Shown: positions 41,959 to 51,194 of the stretch, piece by piece | Layout: each line of letters opens with the position of its first letter | Position numbering within the stretch: position 1 is the first letter of the stretch | Source of the DNA: Pseudomonadota bacterium | GTDB taxonomy: Bacteria; Pseudomonadota; Alphaproteobacteria; Acetobacterales; Acetobacteraceae | Direction: 5' to 3' | Length of the DNA: 64,000 bases | NCBI GenBank assembly: GCA_021809435.1 | Contig: JAKBAD010000002.1 | Location: forward strand, 260,042-324,041 | Notes under the pieces: generated by a model | Database searches by the model: none | What the model saw: the letters and a program-made list of their open reading frames with translations, nothing else | Told to the model about the DNA's origin: nothing | Translations under genes and position numbers: made by a program

Positions 41959-42471
41959 TCAGGCGCGCAGGGCGTCGGGGGCCTTGGCAATGGCATGGTC
42001 CACCAGCGCGGCATCGCCGTGCGGAGTCATGGTCTGTCCCAGCACGCGGGCCGCGGCCTGGGTCGCCACATCAATGGCCACCGAGCGCACTTCCTTGAGC
42101 GCGGCGCCCTCCGCGGCCTTAATCCGCTCAACCGCCATGTGTTCACGGCGCTGGGCGGCGGCCTCGGCTTCCGCGGCCATGGCGGCCGCCAGGCTCACGG
42201 CTTCAATGCGCGCGGTTTCCAGTATCTGCTTGGCGTCCAGGGCGGCCTGGGCCTGCTTGGCCTTGGCGTCGGCGAGCATCGCCTCGGCCTCGGCCTTGAG
42301 CTGCGCGGCCTCGGCCAAGGCGGCTTTCACCGTCTCGGTGCGGGCATCGAGCATAGCGCCAATGGCGGCCAGCACCTTGCGCCCCGCGAGGGCGGCGAAA
42401 ATCGCCACCGCCACGAACACCCAAAAAGTGCCCGTGACCCAAGGCGTGGTTTGGAGGGCTTCATATTCCAT
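41959..42471 (-). CDS. atpF: ATP synthase F0 subunit b
   Basis: N-terminal TM (FWVFVAVAIF) plus coiled coil; position in operon. Confidence 0.88.
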   Translation of the reverse strand: MEYEALQTTPWVTGTFWVFVAVAIFAALAGRKVLAAIGAMLDARTETVKAALAEAAQLKAEAEAMLADAKAKQAQAALDAKQILETARIEAVSLAAAMAAEAEAAAQRREHMAVERIKAAEGAALKEVRSVAIDVATQAAARVLGQTMTPHGDAALVDHAIAKAPDALRA

Positions 42472-42474
42472 GAC

Positions 42475-43044
42475 TTAACCCCCAGAGCGGGCCAGAAGGG
42501 CAGCGTCCAAATTGGGCGCGAGCACATCCTCGCCCGGCAGGCTGCCGGTAAGTTTCAACAAAATGGCGCCGGCCGCTTCGGCCGCCACCGGCTTAATGGC
42601 CGCCAGCGCCGAGGCGCGTGCCGCCTCGATCTGGGCTTCCGCCGCCGCCAGCTTGGCGTCGAGCTGGGCGTTCAGCGCCGCGGCATCGGCGGTGGCCTTG
42701 GCCTTGGCTTCCGCCACGGCCCGGGCCACTTCCCCCTGCGCGGCGGCGCGCGCGGCAACCAGCGCGGCATTGAGCTGCGCCACCGCCGTGTCCGCCTCGA
42801 TCTTGGCCGCGCGGGCGGCGGCCAAATCCTTGGCGATCACGTCCGCGCGGCTCTCGATCACCTTGCCGATCTGGGGCAAACCCCAGCGCGAGAGCACCAG
42901 ATAGAGCACCACCATGATGACCGCCATCCAGCCCACCTGGTCGAGGGTGAGCGGGTTGGTGAAGTCCATCTGCGGCATCGTCCCCTCGGCGAGAGCCGCC
43001 GAAGGCAGAATGCTGAGCAGGACCGCGGTGGTGAGCTTGCGCAT
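42475..43044 (-). CDS. ATP synthase F0 subunit b'
   Basis: MPQMDF...DQVGW motif typical of b'. Confidence 0.87.
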   Translation of the reverse strand: MRKLTTAVLLSILPSAALAEGTMPQMDFTNPLTLDQVGWMAVIMVVLYLVLSRWGLPQIGKVIESRADVIAKDLAAARAAKIEADTAVAQLNAALVAARAAAQGEVARAVAEAKAKATADAAALNAQLDAKLAAAEAQIEAARASALAAIKPVAAEAAGAILLKLTGSLPGEDVLAPNLDAALLARSGG

Positions 43045-43280
43045 CAGGCGAACAGAATGACCAGCGCGATGACCAGGGCATACAGCGCGACGGCTTCCGT
43101 CAGCGCGAAGCCCAGCAGCACATCGCGGAACATGGCATCGCGGGCGGCGGGGTTGCGGCCCACGGCCGACACGAACGCGCCGAACAGGTTACCAATACCG
43201 ACACCAGCACCGGCAACACCGATGGTGGCAAGACCCGCGCCAACGTCCTTGGCGAGCAGAGCGGCAGACTGAGGATCCAT
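43044..43280 (-). CDS. atpE: ATP synthase F0 subunit c
   Basis: GAGVGIG, GRNP, FALTEA. Confidence 0.96.
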   Translation of the reverse strand: MDPQSAALLAKDVGAGLATIGVAGAGVGIGNLFGAFVSAVGRNPAARDAMFRDVLLGFALTEAVALYALVIALVILFA

Positions 43281-43324
43281 GTAACTTTCCTTTCCGTGGA
43301 ACTTTTATCTAAAAGGCGAAACGA

Positions 43325-44077
43325 TCAGTGCATATGCACGGCATCATGCAGATACAGGCAGGTGAGGATGGCGAACACATAGGCCTGCAGCCCGGCCACC
43401 AGCAATTCAAGGGCGGCCAGCGCCACATTCAGCCCCAGCGGCACCACCGAGGCAAAGGCCCCAAAAATACCAAACGAGGCGGTCAGCAGCAGCATGAAGC
43501 CGGCGAACACTTCCCACATCACGTGGCCCGCGGTCATGTTGGCGAACAAACGAACCGAGAGCGAGACGGGGCGCGAGAGATAAGAGATGATCTCGATGGG
43601 CACGAGCAACGGCAGCAGCCAGCCCGGCACGCCCGAAGGCACGAAGAACGTGAAGAATTTAAACCCATGGGTATAAAACCCCACGCCGGTCGAGAACACG
43701 AACACAAACAGCGCCAACGCCAGCGTCACCGCGATGTGCGAGGTGAAGGCGAAGAAATACGGGAACAGCCCGATCAGATTGCCGAGCAGGATGAACGAGA
43801 AAATGGTGAACACCAGGGGAAAGAAGCGCAAGCCCTCCTCACCGATGGTATCGACGCACATATTGCGCACAAATTCATAAAGCAGCTCGACCAGCGCCTG
43901 CGTGCGGCCGGGCACCAGCGCGCGGGCCTTGAGCCCAAGCCCGAAAATCAGGGCGATGATCACGGCCGCGGCCAGCATGGCCTCGTTCGAGTTCGAGAAA
44001 TCGATGGCCTTGCCAAGCCCGCCCAGCCCAGGGGTCAGGCTGAATTGTTCCAGCGCGTTGATCGTCGGTCCTGCCAT
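43325..44077 (-). CDS. atpB: ATP synthase F0 subunit a
   Basis: SRPVSLSVRLFANMTAGH, LQAYVF. Confidence 0.96.
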   Translation of the reverse strand: MAGPTINALEQFSLTPGLGGLGKAIDFSNSNEAMLAAAVIIALIFGLGLKARALVPGRTQALVELLYEFVRNMCVDTIGEEGLRFFPLVFTIFSFILLGNLIGLFPYFFAFTSHIAVTLALALFVFVFSTGVGFYTHGFKFFTFFVPSGVPGWLLPLLVPIEIISYLSRPVSLSVRLFANMTAGHVMWEVFAGFMLLLTASFGIFGAFASVVPLGLNVALAALELLVAGLQAYVFAILTCLYLHDAVHMH

Positions 44078-44105
44078 CGTTTTTATCCTGCCGAACGCCT
44101 ATCCA

Positions 44106-44393
44106 TCAGCCCATCGCGCGCAGCAAATTGCGCACGCCGGCCACCAAACCCACCGGCACCATGAGAATCATGAACCACGGCTTGGTATGAAAGAGCTTAT
44201 CCAGCCCCCACCCGATCACCACAGCTATGACCATCGCGGCCACCATTTCAACGCCAAGCCGCATTGCCAGCTCAATCGCCCGCTGCGCCGAACCGGCCTG
44301 TTTCTGGGCCGTCTCGGGGCGCTCGGCCTTGGCCGCCTGTTCGGCAGCCTTCAGCCGCGCCTCAAACGCTGCATTATCCCGACCGTCTTTCAT
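44106..44393 (-). CDS. atpI: AtpZ/AtpI family protein
   Basis: IGWGLDKLFHTKPWF; first gene of the F0 operon. Confidence 0.85.
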   Translation of the reverse strand: MKDGRDNAAFEARLKAAEQAAKAERPETAQKQAGSAQRAIELAMRLGVEMVAAMVIAVVIGWGLDKLFHTKPWFMILMVPVGLVAGVRNLLRAMG

Positions 44394-44471
44394 GCGCCTC
44401 GTTCTCCGGCCGAAAGTTACAGCCGGTTGCGTTGGGGCGGTTGCTACCCATCCCCCCCTGGCCTGTCAAGA

Positions 44472-44553
44472 ATAACGCCACATTAATCTTCACTTTCCGC
44501 CATGTGTCCCAAAATCATGCAGCTGGCGCGGTTGACGCGGTTACGGACGATTC
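44472..44553 (+). promoter_or_regulatory. Near-consensus CtrA box and GANTC site upstream of ccrM
   Basis: ATAA-N7-TTAA at 44472-44486; GATTC at 44549-44553. Confidence 0.4.
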
Positions 44554-44597
44554 GCCACTCTGTGCTCTGCTACCCCGTAAACGCTTGAGGATCCGCC

Positions 44598-45689
44598 TTG
44601 CCCGTGGAGATGTTGCACGAACTGCCGCTTGACCAGATCCTGCTCGGCGATGCCGGGGCGATGCTGCGCCTGCTGCCCGACAGTTTCGCCGACTGCATCT
44701 TCGCCGACCCGCCCTATAACCTCCAGCTGCGCGGCGAGCTTCGCCGCCCCGATGACAGCCTGGTCGATGGCGTCGATGAGGATTGGGACAAATTCAGCGA
44801 TTTCAAAGCCTACGATGAATTCTGCCGCGACTGGCTGGGCGAGTGCCACCGGATTCTCGCCCCCAACGGCACCATCTGGGTCATCGGCTCCTACCACAAC
44901 ATCTTCCGCATCGGCGCCATGATGCAGGATATGGGGTTCTGGATCCTCAACGATGTGGTCTGGCGCAAAACCAACCCGATGCCCAATTTCCGTGGCCGGC
45001 GCTTCACCAACGCCCACGAAACCATGATCTGGGCGGCCAAATCACCCAAATCGCGTTATAAATTCAACTACCAGGCCATGAAGACGCTGAACGACGACGT
45101 ACAGATGCGCTCTGACTGGACCTTGCCGCTCTGCACCGGCAATGAGCGCCTGCGCAACACGCACGGGCTCAAGCTCCACCCCACCCAAAAGCCCGAATCG
45201 CTGCTGCACCGCGTGATCATGGCCGCCACCGGCCCCGGAGACATCGTGGTCGATCCCTTCCTGGGCACCGGCACCACGGCGGCGGTGGCCAAGCGCCTGC
45301 ACCGCCATTTCATCGGCATCGAGCGTCACCCCGCCTATGTCGAAGCCGCCTGGGGCCGTCTGGCCGCCGAGGCGCCCGCCCCCAAATCCGCCGTCATCGC
45401 CCCGCCTACAGGGCGCGATGCCCCGCGCGTGGCCTTTGGCAGCTTCGTCGAGCGCGGCATCCTCAAACCCGGCACCACGCTCATGGATAAGCAGCGCCGC
45501 TTCGGCGCCGAAATCACCGCCGAGGGCGGTCTGGTCTCGGGCCCGCATCGCGGCTCCATCCACCAGGTCGGCGCGGCCGTGCAAAACGCCCCCAGCTGCA
45601 ATGGCTGGACCTTCTGGCACTTCGAGCGCGACGGCCAGCTCCTGCCCATCGATGTGCTGCGCAAGGAAAATTCCGGCGAGCCGGCCTAA
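44598..45689 (+). CDS. ccrM: Cell-cycle-regulated adenine methyltransferase
   Basis: [60 protein letters not shown]. Confidence 0.94.
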   Translation: MPVEMLHELPLDQILLGDAGAMLRLLPDSFADCIFADPPYNLQLRGELRRPDDSLVDGVDEDWDKFSDFKAYDEFCRDWLGECHRILAPNGTIWVIGSYHNIFRIGAMMQDMGFWILNDVVWRKTNPMPNFRGRRFTNAHETMIWAAKSPKSRYKFNYQAMKTLNDDVQMRSDWTLPLCTGNERLRNTHGLKLHPTQKPESLLHRVIMAATGPGDIVVDPFLGTGTTAAVAKRLHRHFIGIERHPAYVEAAWGRLAAEAPAPKSAVIAPPTGRDAPRVAFGSFVERGILKPGTTLMDKQRRFGAEITAEGGLVSGPHRGSIHQVGAAVQNAPSCNGWTFWHFERDGQLLPIDVLRKENSGEPA

Positions 45690-45704
45690 ACCGTCAAGGG
45701 CCGG

Positions 45705-46148
45705 TCAGCCAGCCTGATCCAGCAGCCCCAGCCGCCGCCTCAGCCCCTTGCTGTGCGGCCCGGCCACATCCGCCAGCTTGTATTTATCCAGCACGCCCAG
45801 CATCGCCTGCGAGGCCTCATCGCAAATATGCTGCAACCGGCACATGCCGCCAATGGCGCAAAACTGCCCGGCCTGGCACTCCACCAGCGCCAATTCTGGC
45901 TCCAGCGCGCGCACCACCTGGCCCAGCCCAATCTCGCTGGCGGGGCGGGCCAGCCTTAGCCCGCCGCCCCGCCCGCGCATCGTCTCAACCAGCCCGGCCT
46001 GGCCCAGCTTGTGCACCACCTTGGTCATGTGGCTTTCCGAAATCTCATAAGCCGCGGCGATTTCAGCAATCACCCCCAGCCGCTCGGGCTCAAGCGCCAG
46101 ATAAACCAAGGTCCGCAGGCCATAATCGGTAAAGCGCGTCAGGTGCAT
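45705..46148 (-). CDS. nsrR: Rrf2 family NO-responsive repressor
   Basis: MHLTRFTDYGLR, RGRGGGLRL, three C-terminal Cys; downstream of hcp. Confidence 0.82.
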   Translation of the reverse strand: MHLTRFTDYGLRTLVYLALEPERLGVIAEIAAAYEISESHMTKVVHKLGQAGLVETMRGRGGGLRLARPASEIGLGQVVRALEPELALVECQAGQFCAIGGMCRLQHICDEASQAMLGVLDKYKLADVAGPHSKGLRRRLGLLDQAG

Positions 46149-46179
46149 CACAGCCCCATAGCCCGAACGGGCCCTCGCC

Positions 46180-47193
46180 TCAACTCTGCACGCGCTCGGC
46201 AAAAAACTGCGCGGCGGGCACGCCGGCGGCCAGCGCGGCGCCCTCCACGGCCTCGAGCATCCTGGGCGGCCCGCACACATAAATATCGGGCACAGCCGCG
46301 CCACTGGCCAAAACCACGCTCAGCGCCTCGGCTGCCGTGCCCACAAACCCATTCCACCCCGCCTCGGGGTGCCACACGGCATAGGTCACATCGAGCTGCG
46401 GCAGCGCCGCCTTCATCTCGGCCAGCACATGGGGGGGCAAAAACTCCGCCTCGCGGTTGGCGCCATAAATCAAATGCACCGGCGTGGCATCGCCATACTC
46501 CGCCATCTGGCGCAGCAGCGACAAAATCGGCGCCACCCCGCAGCCGCCCGCCACCAGCACGCGCGGCCGGGGGCTGGCCTCGTCGAGCGCGAAATGCCCC
46601 ATCGGCCCGCGCAGCTCCAACATCTGGCCCACACGCGCCTCGGCCGCCAGCCAGCCCGAAAACCGCCCCCCCGGCACCAGCCGGATGATAAATTCCAGCC
46701 GCCCGTCCCAGTTGGGCAGGTTGGCCAACGAATAAGCCCGCCGCACATCCGCTCCCGGCAGGGTCATCTCAAAAAACTGCCCCGGCACAAAATCCGCCGC
46801 CGCGCCATAGGTCTCGTCCGCCTCCAGCTGCAGCGTCACCGCCAGCGCGCCGGCACCCGCCGGCACCAGCCCGGCAATCACCGCCCGGCGTTCAGGCACG
46901 CGGTGGCGGCCAATCTGCTCATCGCGCACCGGCACCTCCACCACCAGGTCTGAAAGCGCCAGGCAGCGGCACAGCAACACCCCGCCCTCGCCCTTGGGCA
47001 GCGCGCCCTCCGCGCAAGCGCCCATCTCATAAGCGCCCTCAGTCACATGCGCGGCACACATGCCGCAGCTCCCCTCGCGGCACATCGAGGGCAAATACAG
47101 CCCCGCCTCCTCGGCGGCGGCCAGCACGTTCTGCCCTTCGGCGCACGGCACCCCCAGCCGCGCCCCATCGCGCGTCACAATCGTCACATCCAT
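46180..47193 (-). CDS. [2Fe-2S]/FAD/NAD oxidoreductase (BenC/XylZ/MmoC architecture), putative HCP reductase
   Basis: N-terminal CREGSCGMC...LLC, RAYSLAN, AGGCGVAP, YVCGPP. Confidence 0.85.
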   Translation of the reverse strand: MDVTIVTRDGARLGVPCAEGQNVLAAAEEAGLYLPSMCREGSCGMCAAHVTEGAYEMGACAEGALPKGEGGVLLCRCLALSDLVVEVPVRDEQIGRHRVPERRAVIAGLVPAGAGALAVTLQLEADETYGAAADFVPGQFFEMTLPGADVRRAYSLANLPNWDGRLEFIIRLVPGGRFSGWLAAEARVGQMLELRGPMGHFALDEASPRPRVLVAGGCGVAPILSLLRQMAEYGDATPVHLIYGANREAEFLPPHVLAEMKAALPQLDVTYAVWHPEAGWNGFVGTAAEALSVVLASGAAVPDIYVCGPPRMLEAVEGAALAAGVPAAQFFAERVQS

Positions 47194-47214
47194 CCGGTCT
47201 TATCCTTCCGCGCC

Positions 47215-47264
47215 GCAGGGGGACACCGTCCCCCTGCATCCCCTGCCAGGGGCCGAGCCCCTGG
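47215..47264. repeat. REP-like double hairpin between hcp and its reductase
   Basis: GCAGGGGGAC-ACC-GTCCCCCTGC and CCAGGGGC-CGA-GCCCCTGG. Confidence 0.6.
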
Positions 47265-47282
47265 ACCTCAATACCCAGACGA

Positions 47283-48947
47283 TCAAGCCGCGCGGGTAAG
47301 AGCGGCCTGAATGTCCGCCTTGGCGTCGGTCACCGGCTGGATGCCGAATTTCTCAACCAGCACGTTGATCAGGTTCGGCGTCAGGAAAGCCGGGAGCGAA
47401 GGCCCGAGGCGGATATTGCGCACGCCCAGCGCCAGCAGGGTCAGCAGCACGGCGGCGGCTTTCTGCTCGAACCAGGAGATGACCAGCGTCAGCGGCAACT
47501 CATTCACCCCGCAATTGAACGCATTGGCCAGCGCCAGCGCGATCTGAATGGCGGAGTAGGTGTCATTGCACTGCCCCACATCGAGCAGCCGCGGCAGCCC
47601 GCCAATGGTGCCGAAATCATGGGTGTTGAAGCGGTATTTGCCGCAGCCCAGCGTCAGCACCACGGTATCCTGGGGCGCATTGTCGGCGAAATCGGTGTAA
47701 TAATTCCGCCCCGGCGCCGCGCCATCGCACCCGCCAATCAGGAAGAAATGCTTCACCGCGCCGCTCTTCACGGCCTCCACCACGGTGCCGGCCACGCCCA
47801 GCACGGTATCGCGCGCGAACCCGATGAGAATCTGCTTCTCCGGCGCGGTGGTGGCAAAGCCCGGGGTCGCCTTCGCGGCCTGCACCAAAATCCCCAAATC
47901 ATTATGGGTCAGGTGCTTCAGCCCCGGCCAGCCCACCGGCCCCATGGTAAAGATGCGGTTGCGATAGCTGGGCTGGGGCTCGATCAGGCAGTTCGAGGTC
48001 ATCACGATCGGGCCGGGGAAGGCCGCGAACTCGATCTGCTGGTTCTGCCAGGCGCCGCCATAATTACCCACCAGGTGCGGATAGGCATGCAGCTTGGGGT
48101 AAGCATGGGCGGGCAGCACCTCGCCATGGGTATAAACGTTAATCCCCTGGTCCTTGGTGGCTTCCAAAATGGCGCGCAGATCGCCAAAATCATGGCCCGA
48201 GACCAGAATGCACTTGCCCGCCACCGGCGTGGTGCGCACGGCGGTCGGCGTGGGGGTGCCAAAATTACCGGTATTGGCGGCGTCGAGCGTCTCCATCACG
48301 GTGTAGTTCAGCTTGCCCAGCTCCAGCGCCTCGCCCAGCAGCGCCTCAATGTCGGTCGAGTCGCTGGCCAGAAAATCCAGCGCCTTGGCGACACCGGCAT
48401 AAATTTCCTCGCGCTCCTCGCCCAGCACCTCGGCATGGTGGGCATAAGCGGCCACACCCTTGAGCCCATAGAGAATCAGCGACCGCAGGCCGATGACATC
48501 CTCGCCCACCTTTTCCACGCCCGCGCGCACCGAGGCCACCGGCGCCTGCGCCAGCAGGCCGCTCAGGTCACCAGCGGGCTGATAATGCGCCGCCGCCCCC
48601 AGCATGGCCGGAATCTTGCCGGCCGCGGCCGCCTCAACCTCATAAGCCTTGGCCACCCGGTCACGAATGGTCGCGGCCTCGGCAATCATGTCGGTAAAGC
48701 GCGCGCGGTTGAAATTCACGTTGGTCAGCGTGGTGAACAGCGCATAAAGCGAAAACCGGTCGGCATCGGCATCGGGCTTGCCGAGCTTGTGCAGCCGGTG
48801 CGTGTACTGGCCAATACCCTTGAGCTCATAGATCAGCAGGTCCTGCAGATCCGCGGTCACCTCATCCTTGCCGCAAACGCCCTTGGCGCCCGCGCACCCG
48901 GCGGTGGCCCCATCGCGCGACGTCTGTTCACACTGAAAGCAAAACAT
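47283..48947 (-). CDS. hcp: Hybrid cluster protein (hydroxylamine reductase)
   Basis: [53 protein letters not shown]. Confidence 0.97.
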   Translation of the reverse strand: MFCFQCEQTSRDGATAGCAGAKGVCGKDEVTADLQDLLIYELKGIGQYTHRLHKLGKPDADADRFSLYALFTTLTNVNFNRARFTDMIAEAATIRDRVAKAYEVEAAAAGKIPAMLGAAAHYQPAGDLSGLLAQAPVASVRAGVEKVGEDVIGLRSLILYGLKGVAAYAHHAEVLGEEREEIYAGVAKALDFLASDSTDIEALLGEALELGKLNYTVMETLDAANTGNFGTPTPTAVRTTPVAGKCILVSGHDFGDLRAILEATKDQGINVYTHGEVLPAHAYPKLHAYPHLVGNYGGAWQNQQIEFAAFPGPIVMTSNCLIEPQPSYRNRIFTMGPVGWPGLKHLTHNDLGILVQAAKATPGFATTAPEKQILIGFARDTVLGVAGTVVEAVKSGAVKHFFLIGGCDGAAPGRNYYTDFADNAPQDTVVLTLGCGKYRFNTHDFGTIGGLPRLLDVGQCNDTYSAIQIALALANAFNCGVNELPLTLVISWFEQKAAAVLLTLLALGVRNIRLGPSLPAFLTPNLINVLVEKFGIQPVTDAKADIQAALTRAA

Positions 48948-49010
48948 ACTGATCTGGCTCCATCTCGTTGAGATTTACCTCATGGCGGGGCTGTTACCTC
49001 TCTCCGCCTT

Positions 49011-49086
49011 AAGATGCAGGCCACATGAACCTTTCAGCGCCGCCGATCCTTGATCCAAATCAAAAGATGAATTTTTTATACCCCTT
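49011..49086 (-). promoter_or_regulatory. hcp promoter: FNR/FixK box flanked by two NsrR-like sites
   Basis: Perfect TTGAT-CCAA-ATCAA at 49050-49063; AAGATGCAG-N5-ATGAACCTT at 49011-49033; AAGATGAAT-N5-ATACCCCTT at 49064-49086. Confidence 0.72.
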
Positions 49087-49159
49087 CTCATTCATCGCTC
49101 CCTTCCACGCGCGTGCCGCTCTTCCCCCTGCGCCCAAAATTTGCCACATTCCGCCCGCC

Positions 49160-49600
49160 ATGCGCCTGCACGCCTCCTGTGCCGCCGCTCCTCACGGAGA
49201 CGGCACCGACGCCCTTCTCCTGCTCGGCCCTTCGGGCGCGGGCAAATCCGATCTGCTGCTCCGCCTGATCGAGCGCGGCTTCACCCTCGTCGCCGACGAT
49301 CAGGTGATCATCGAACATGGCCAGGCCAGCCCGCCCGCCTCCCTGGCCGGCCTGCTCGAAGTGCGCGGTCTGGGCCTGTTCCGCCTGCCCTACCGCGCCC
49401 CCGCGCGGCTGCGCCTGGCCATCGAGCTAACCCCCACCCCAGCCCCACGTCTGCCCGAACCTCGTCAACACGAGGCGCTCGGCCTGCCGCTCATCAGCCT
49501 CGACGCCCACCACCCCGCCGCCACCGCCCGCGCCGCCCTGGCGCTCGAGGCCGCGTGCGGCCGCGTGGCCAATCTCAGCGGTGCCTTCACCAATGGCTGA
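49160..49600 (+). CDS. hprK: Short alphaproteobacterial HPr kinase
   Basis: LHASC, GPSGAGKS, LVADD, LEVRGLG. Confidence 0.88.
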   Translation: MRLHASCAAAPHGDGTDALLLLGPSGAGKSDLLLRLIERGFTLVADDQVIIEHGQASPPASLAGLLEVRGLGLFRLPYRAPARLRLAIELTPTPAPRLPEPRQHEALGLPLISLDAHHPAATARAALALEAACGRVANLSGAFTNG

Positions 49601-50489
49601 CCCGGCTCAACTCCCCGTGGTGCTGGTCACCGGGCTTTCGGGCGCGGGCAAGCTCTCCATCCTGCGCCTGCTCGAGGATCTCGGCTTCGAAACGGTCGAC
49701 AATCCGCCCCTGCCCGCGCTCGAGGCTCTGGCCGCCCGCGCCGAACAGCCGCTGGCCATCGGGGTCGATGCCCGCTCGCGCGGCTTCTCGGCCGAGTCGG
49801 TGCTCAACGTGCTGGCCTGGCTGCGCACCCGCCCGCGCCTCAAACCCACCCTGCTCTTCGCCACCGCGACCGATGACGTGCTGCTCCGCCGCTATTCCGA
49901 AACCCGCCGCCGCCACCCTCTGGCGCAAAACGCCCCGGTTTCCGAAGGCATCGCCCTCGAGCGCGCCCTCACCGCGCCCCTCGCCGAAGCCGCCGACTGG
50001 CTGGTCGACACCTCCGCCACCCCCCTGCCCCAGCTCCGCGCTCAAATCGACAGCCTGTTCGGCACCCACGCGCCCGGTCTGGCCCTCACCCTCATGTCCT
50101 TTTCCTACGCCCACGGCCTGCCCCCCGGCGCCGACCTGGTGTTCGACGCGCGTTTCTTAAAAAACCCCCATTACGATCCCGGCCTCCGCCCGCTCTCCGG
50201 GCTGGACGCGCCGGTCGGCAATTACATCGAGCAAGACCCTGATTTTCAAACATACTTAAGCAAAATCAAGGATCTTCTCGATTTTTTGCTGCCAAGGTTC
50301 GTGCAGGAAGGTAAAAAATATGCGACAATATGTGTCGGATGTACCGGCGGACAACATAGATCAGTCTACATGATTGAAAAATTAAACACTTATCTAACCC
50401 AACGCGGCTGGCGCGCCGGCGTCACCCATCGCGAGGCGGCAAAGTTCGCCCGTCCCGCCGCCCTGCCCGCACAACCCGTGAAAGAATGA
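49593..50489 (+). CDS. rapZ: RNase adapter RapZ family P-loop protein
   Basis: TGLSGAGK, DNPP, YSETRRRHPL, DARFLKNPH, GCTGGQHRSV. Confidence 0.93.
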   Translation: MADPAQLPVVLVTGLSGAGKLSILRLLEDLGFETVDNPPLPALEALAARAEQPLAIGVDARSRGFSAESVLNVLAWLRTRPRLKPTLLFATATDDVLLRRYSETRRRHPLAQNAPVSEGIALERALTAPLAEAADWLVDTSATPLPQLRAQIDSLFGTHAPGLALTLMSFSYAHGLPPGADLVFDARFLKNPHYDPGLRPLSGLDAPVGNYIEQDPDFQTYLSKIKDLLDFLLPRFVQEGKKYATICVGCTGGQHRSVYMIEKLNTYLTQRGWRAGVTHREAAKFARPAALPAQPVKE

Positions 50490-50499
50490 GTTCCACTCT

Positions 50500-50913
50500 A
50501 TGATCGGCATGGTTCTCGTAACTCATGGGGCGCTGGCGGTGGCATTGCGCGACGCTGTCGAGCATGTCGTCGGCAAGCAAAAAAACTTCGCCACCGTCTG
50601 CATCGAATCGGACGCCGAATTCGAAAGTCAGCGCGCCGAAATCGCCCAGCGCATCCATGATGTCGATGCCGGCGACGGCGTCATCCTCCTCACCGACATG
50701 TTCGGCGGCACACCCTCCAATCTGGCCATGTCCCTGGCCAATCAGCCCGGCGTCGAAATCATCGGCGGCGTCAATTTGCCCATGCTGGTCAAGCTCACCA
50801 AAATCCGCGGCAACGAGACGCTGAACGAGGCCGTCGCCCATGCCGAGGCGGCGGGGCGCAAATATATCTGCAACGGCCATGAGCTTCAGGCCCCCTGCCG
50901 GGCGGCCGAATGA
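50500..50913 (+). CDS. manX: PTS EIIA, mannose type
   Basis: VLVTHG, LTDMFGGTPSN, GGVNLPML. Confidence 0.92.
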   Translation: MIGMVLVTHGALAVALRDAVEHVVGKQKNFATVCIESDAEFESQRAEIAQRIHDVDAGDGVILLTDMFGGTPSNLAMSLANQPGVEIIGGVNLPMLVKLTKIRGNETLNEAVAHAEAAGRKYICNGHELQAPCRAAE

Positions 50914-51194
50914 TGGAAGCCTCGATCATCTCCACCGACATTGCCATCGTCAACCGCCGCGGGCTGCATGCGCGCGCGGCGGCCAAGCTGGTCACGCTCG
51001 CCGAGCAATTCTCCGCCAATGTCGAAGTCTCCAAGGACGGCCAGTCCGTCTCCGCGCGTTCCATCATGGGGCTGATGATGCTGGGTGCCGGCATTGGCAG
51101 TTCGGTGCGCCTCTCCGCCGACGGGTTCGATGCGAAAGAGGCGCTCGATGCCATAGCCGCGCTCATCGAGGCCGGCTTCCATGAAACTGACTAA
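50910..51194 (+). CDS. ptsH: HPr/NPr phosphocarrier
   Basis: GLHARAA, SIMGLMML. Confidence 0.93.
   Translation: MMEASIISTDIAIVNRRGLHARAAAKLVTLAEQFSANVEVSKDGQSVSARSIMGLMMLGAGIGSSVRLSADGFDAKEALDAIAALIEAGFHETD

Noticed and set aside
44598-45689. Restriction-modification or defence system
   Set aside because: The methyltransferase has CcrM-specific motifs and its C-terminal domain, and no nuclease is adjacent
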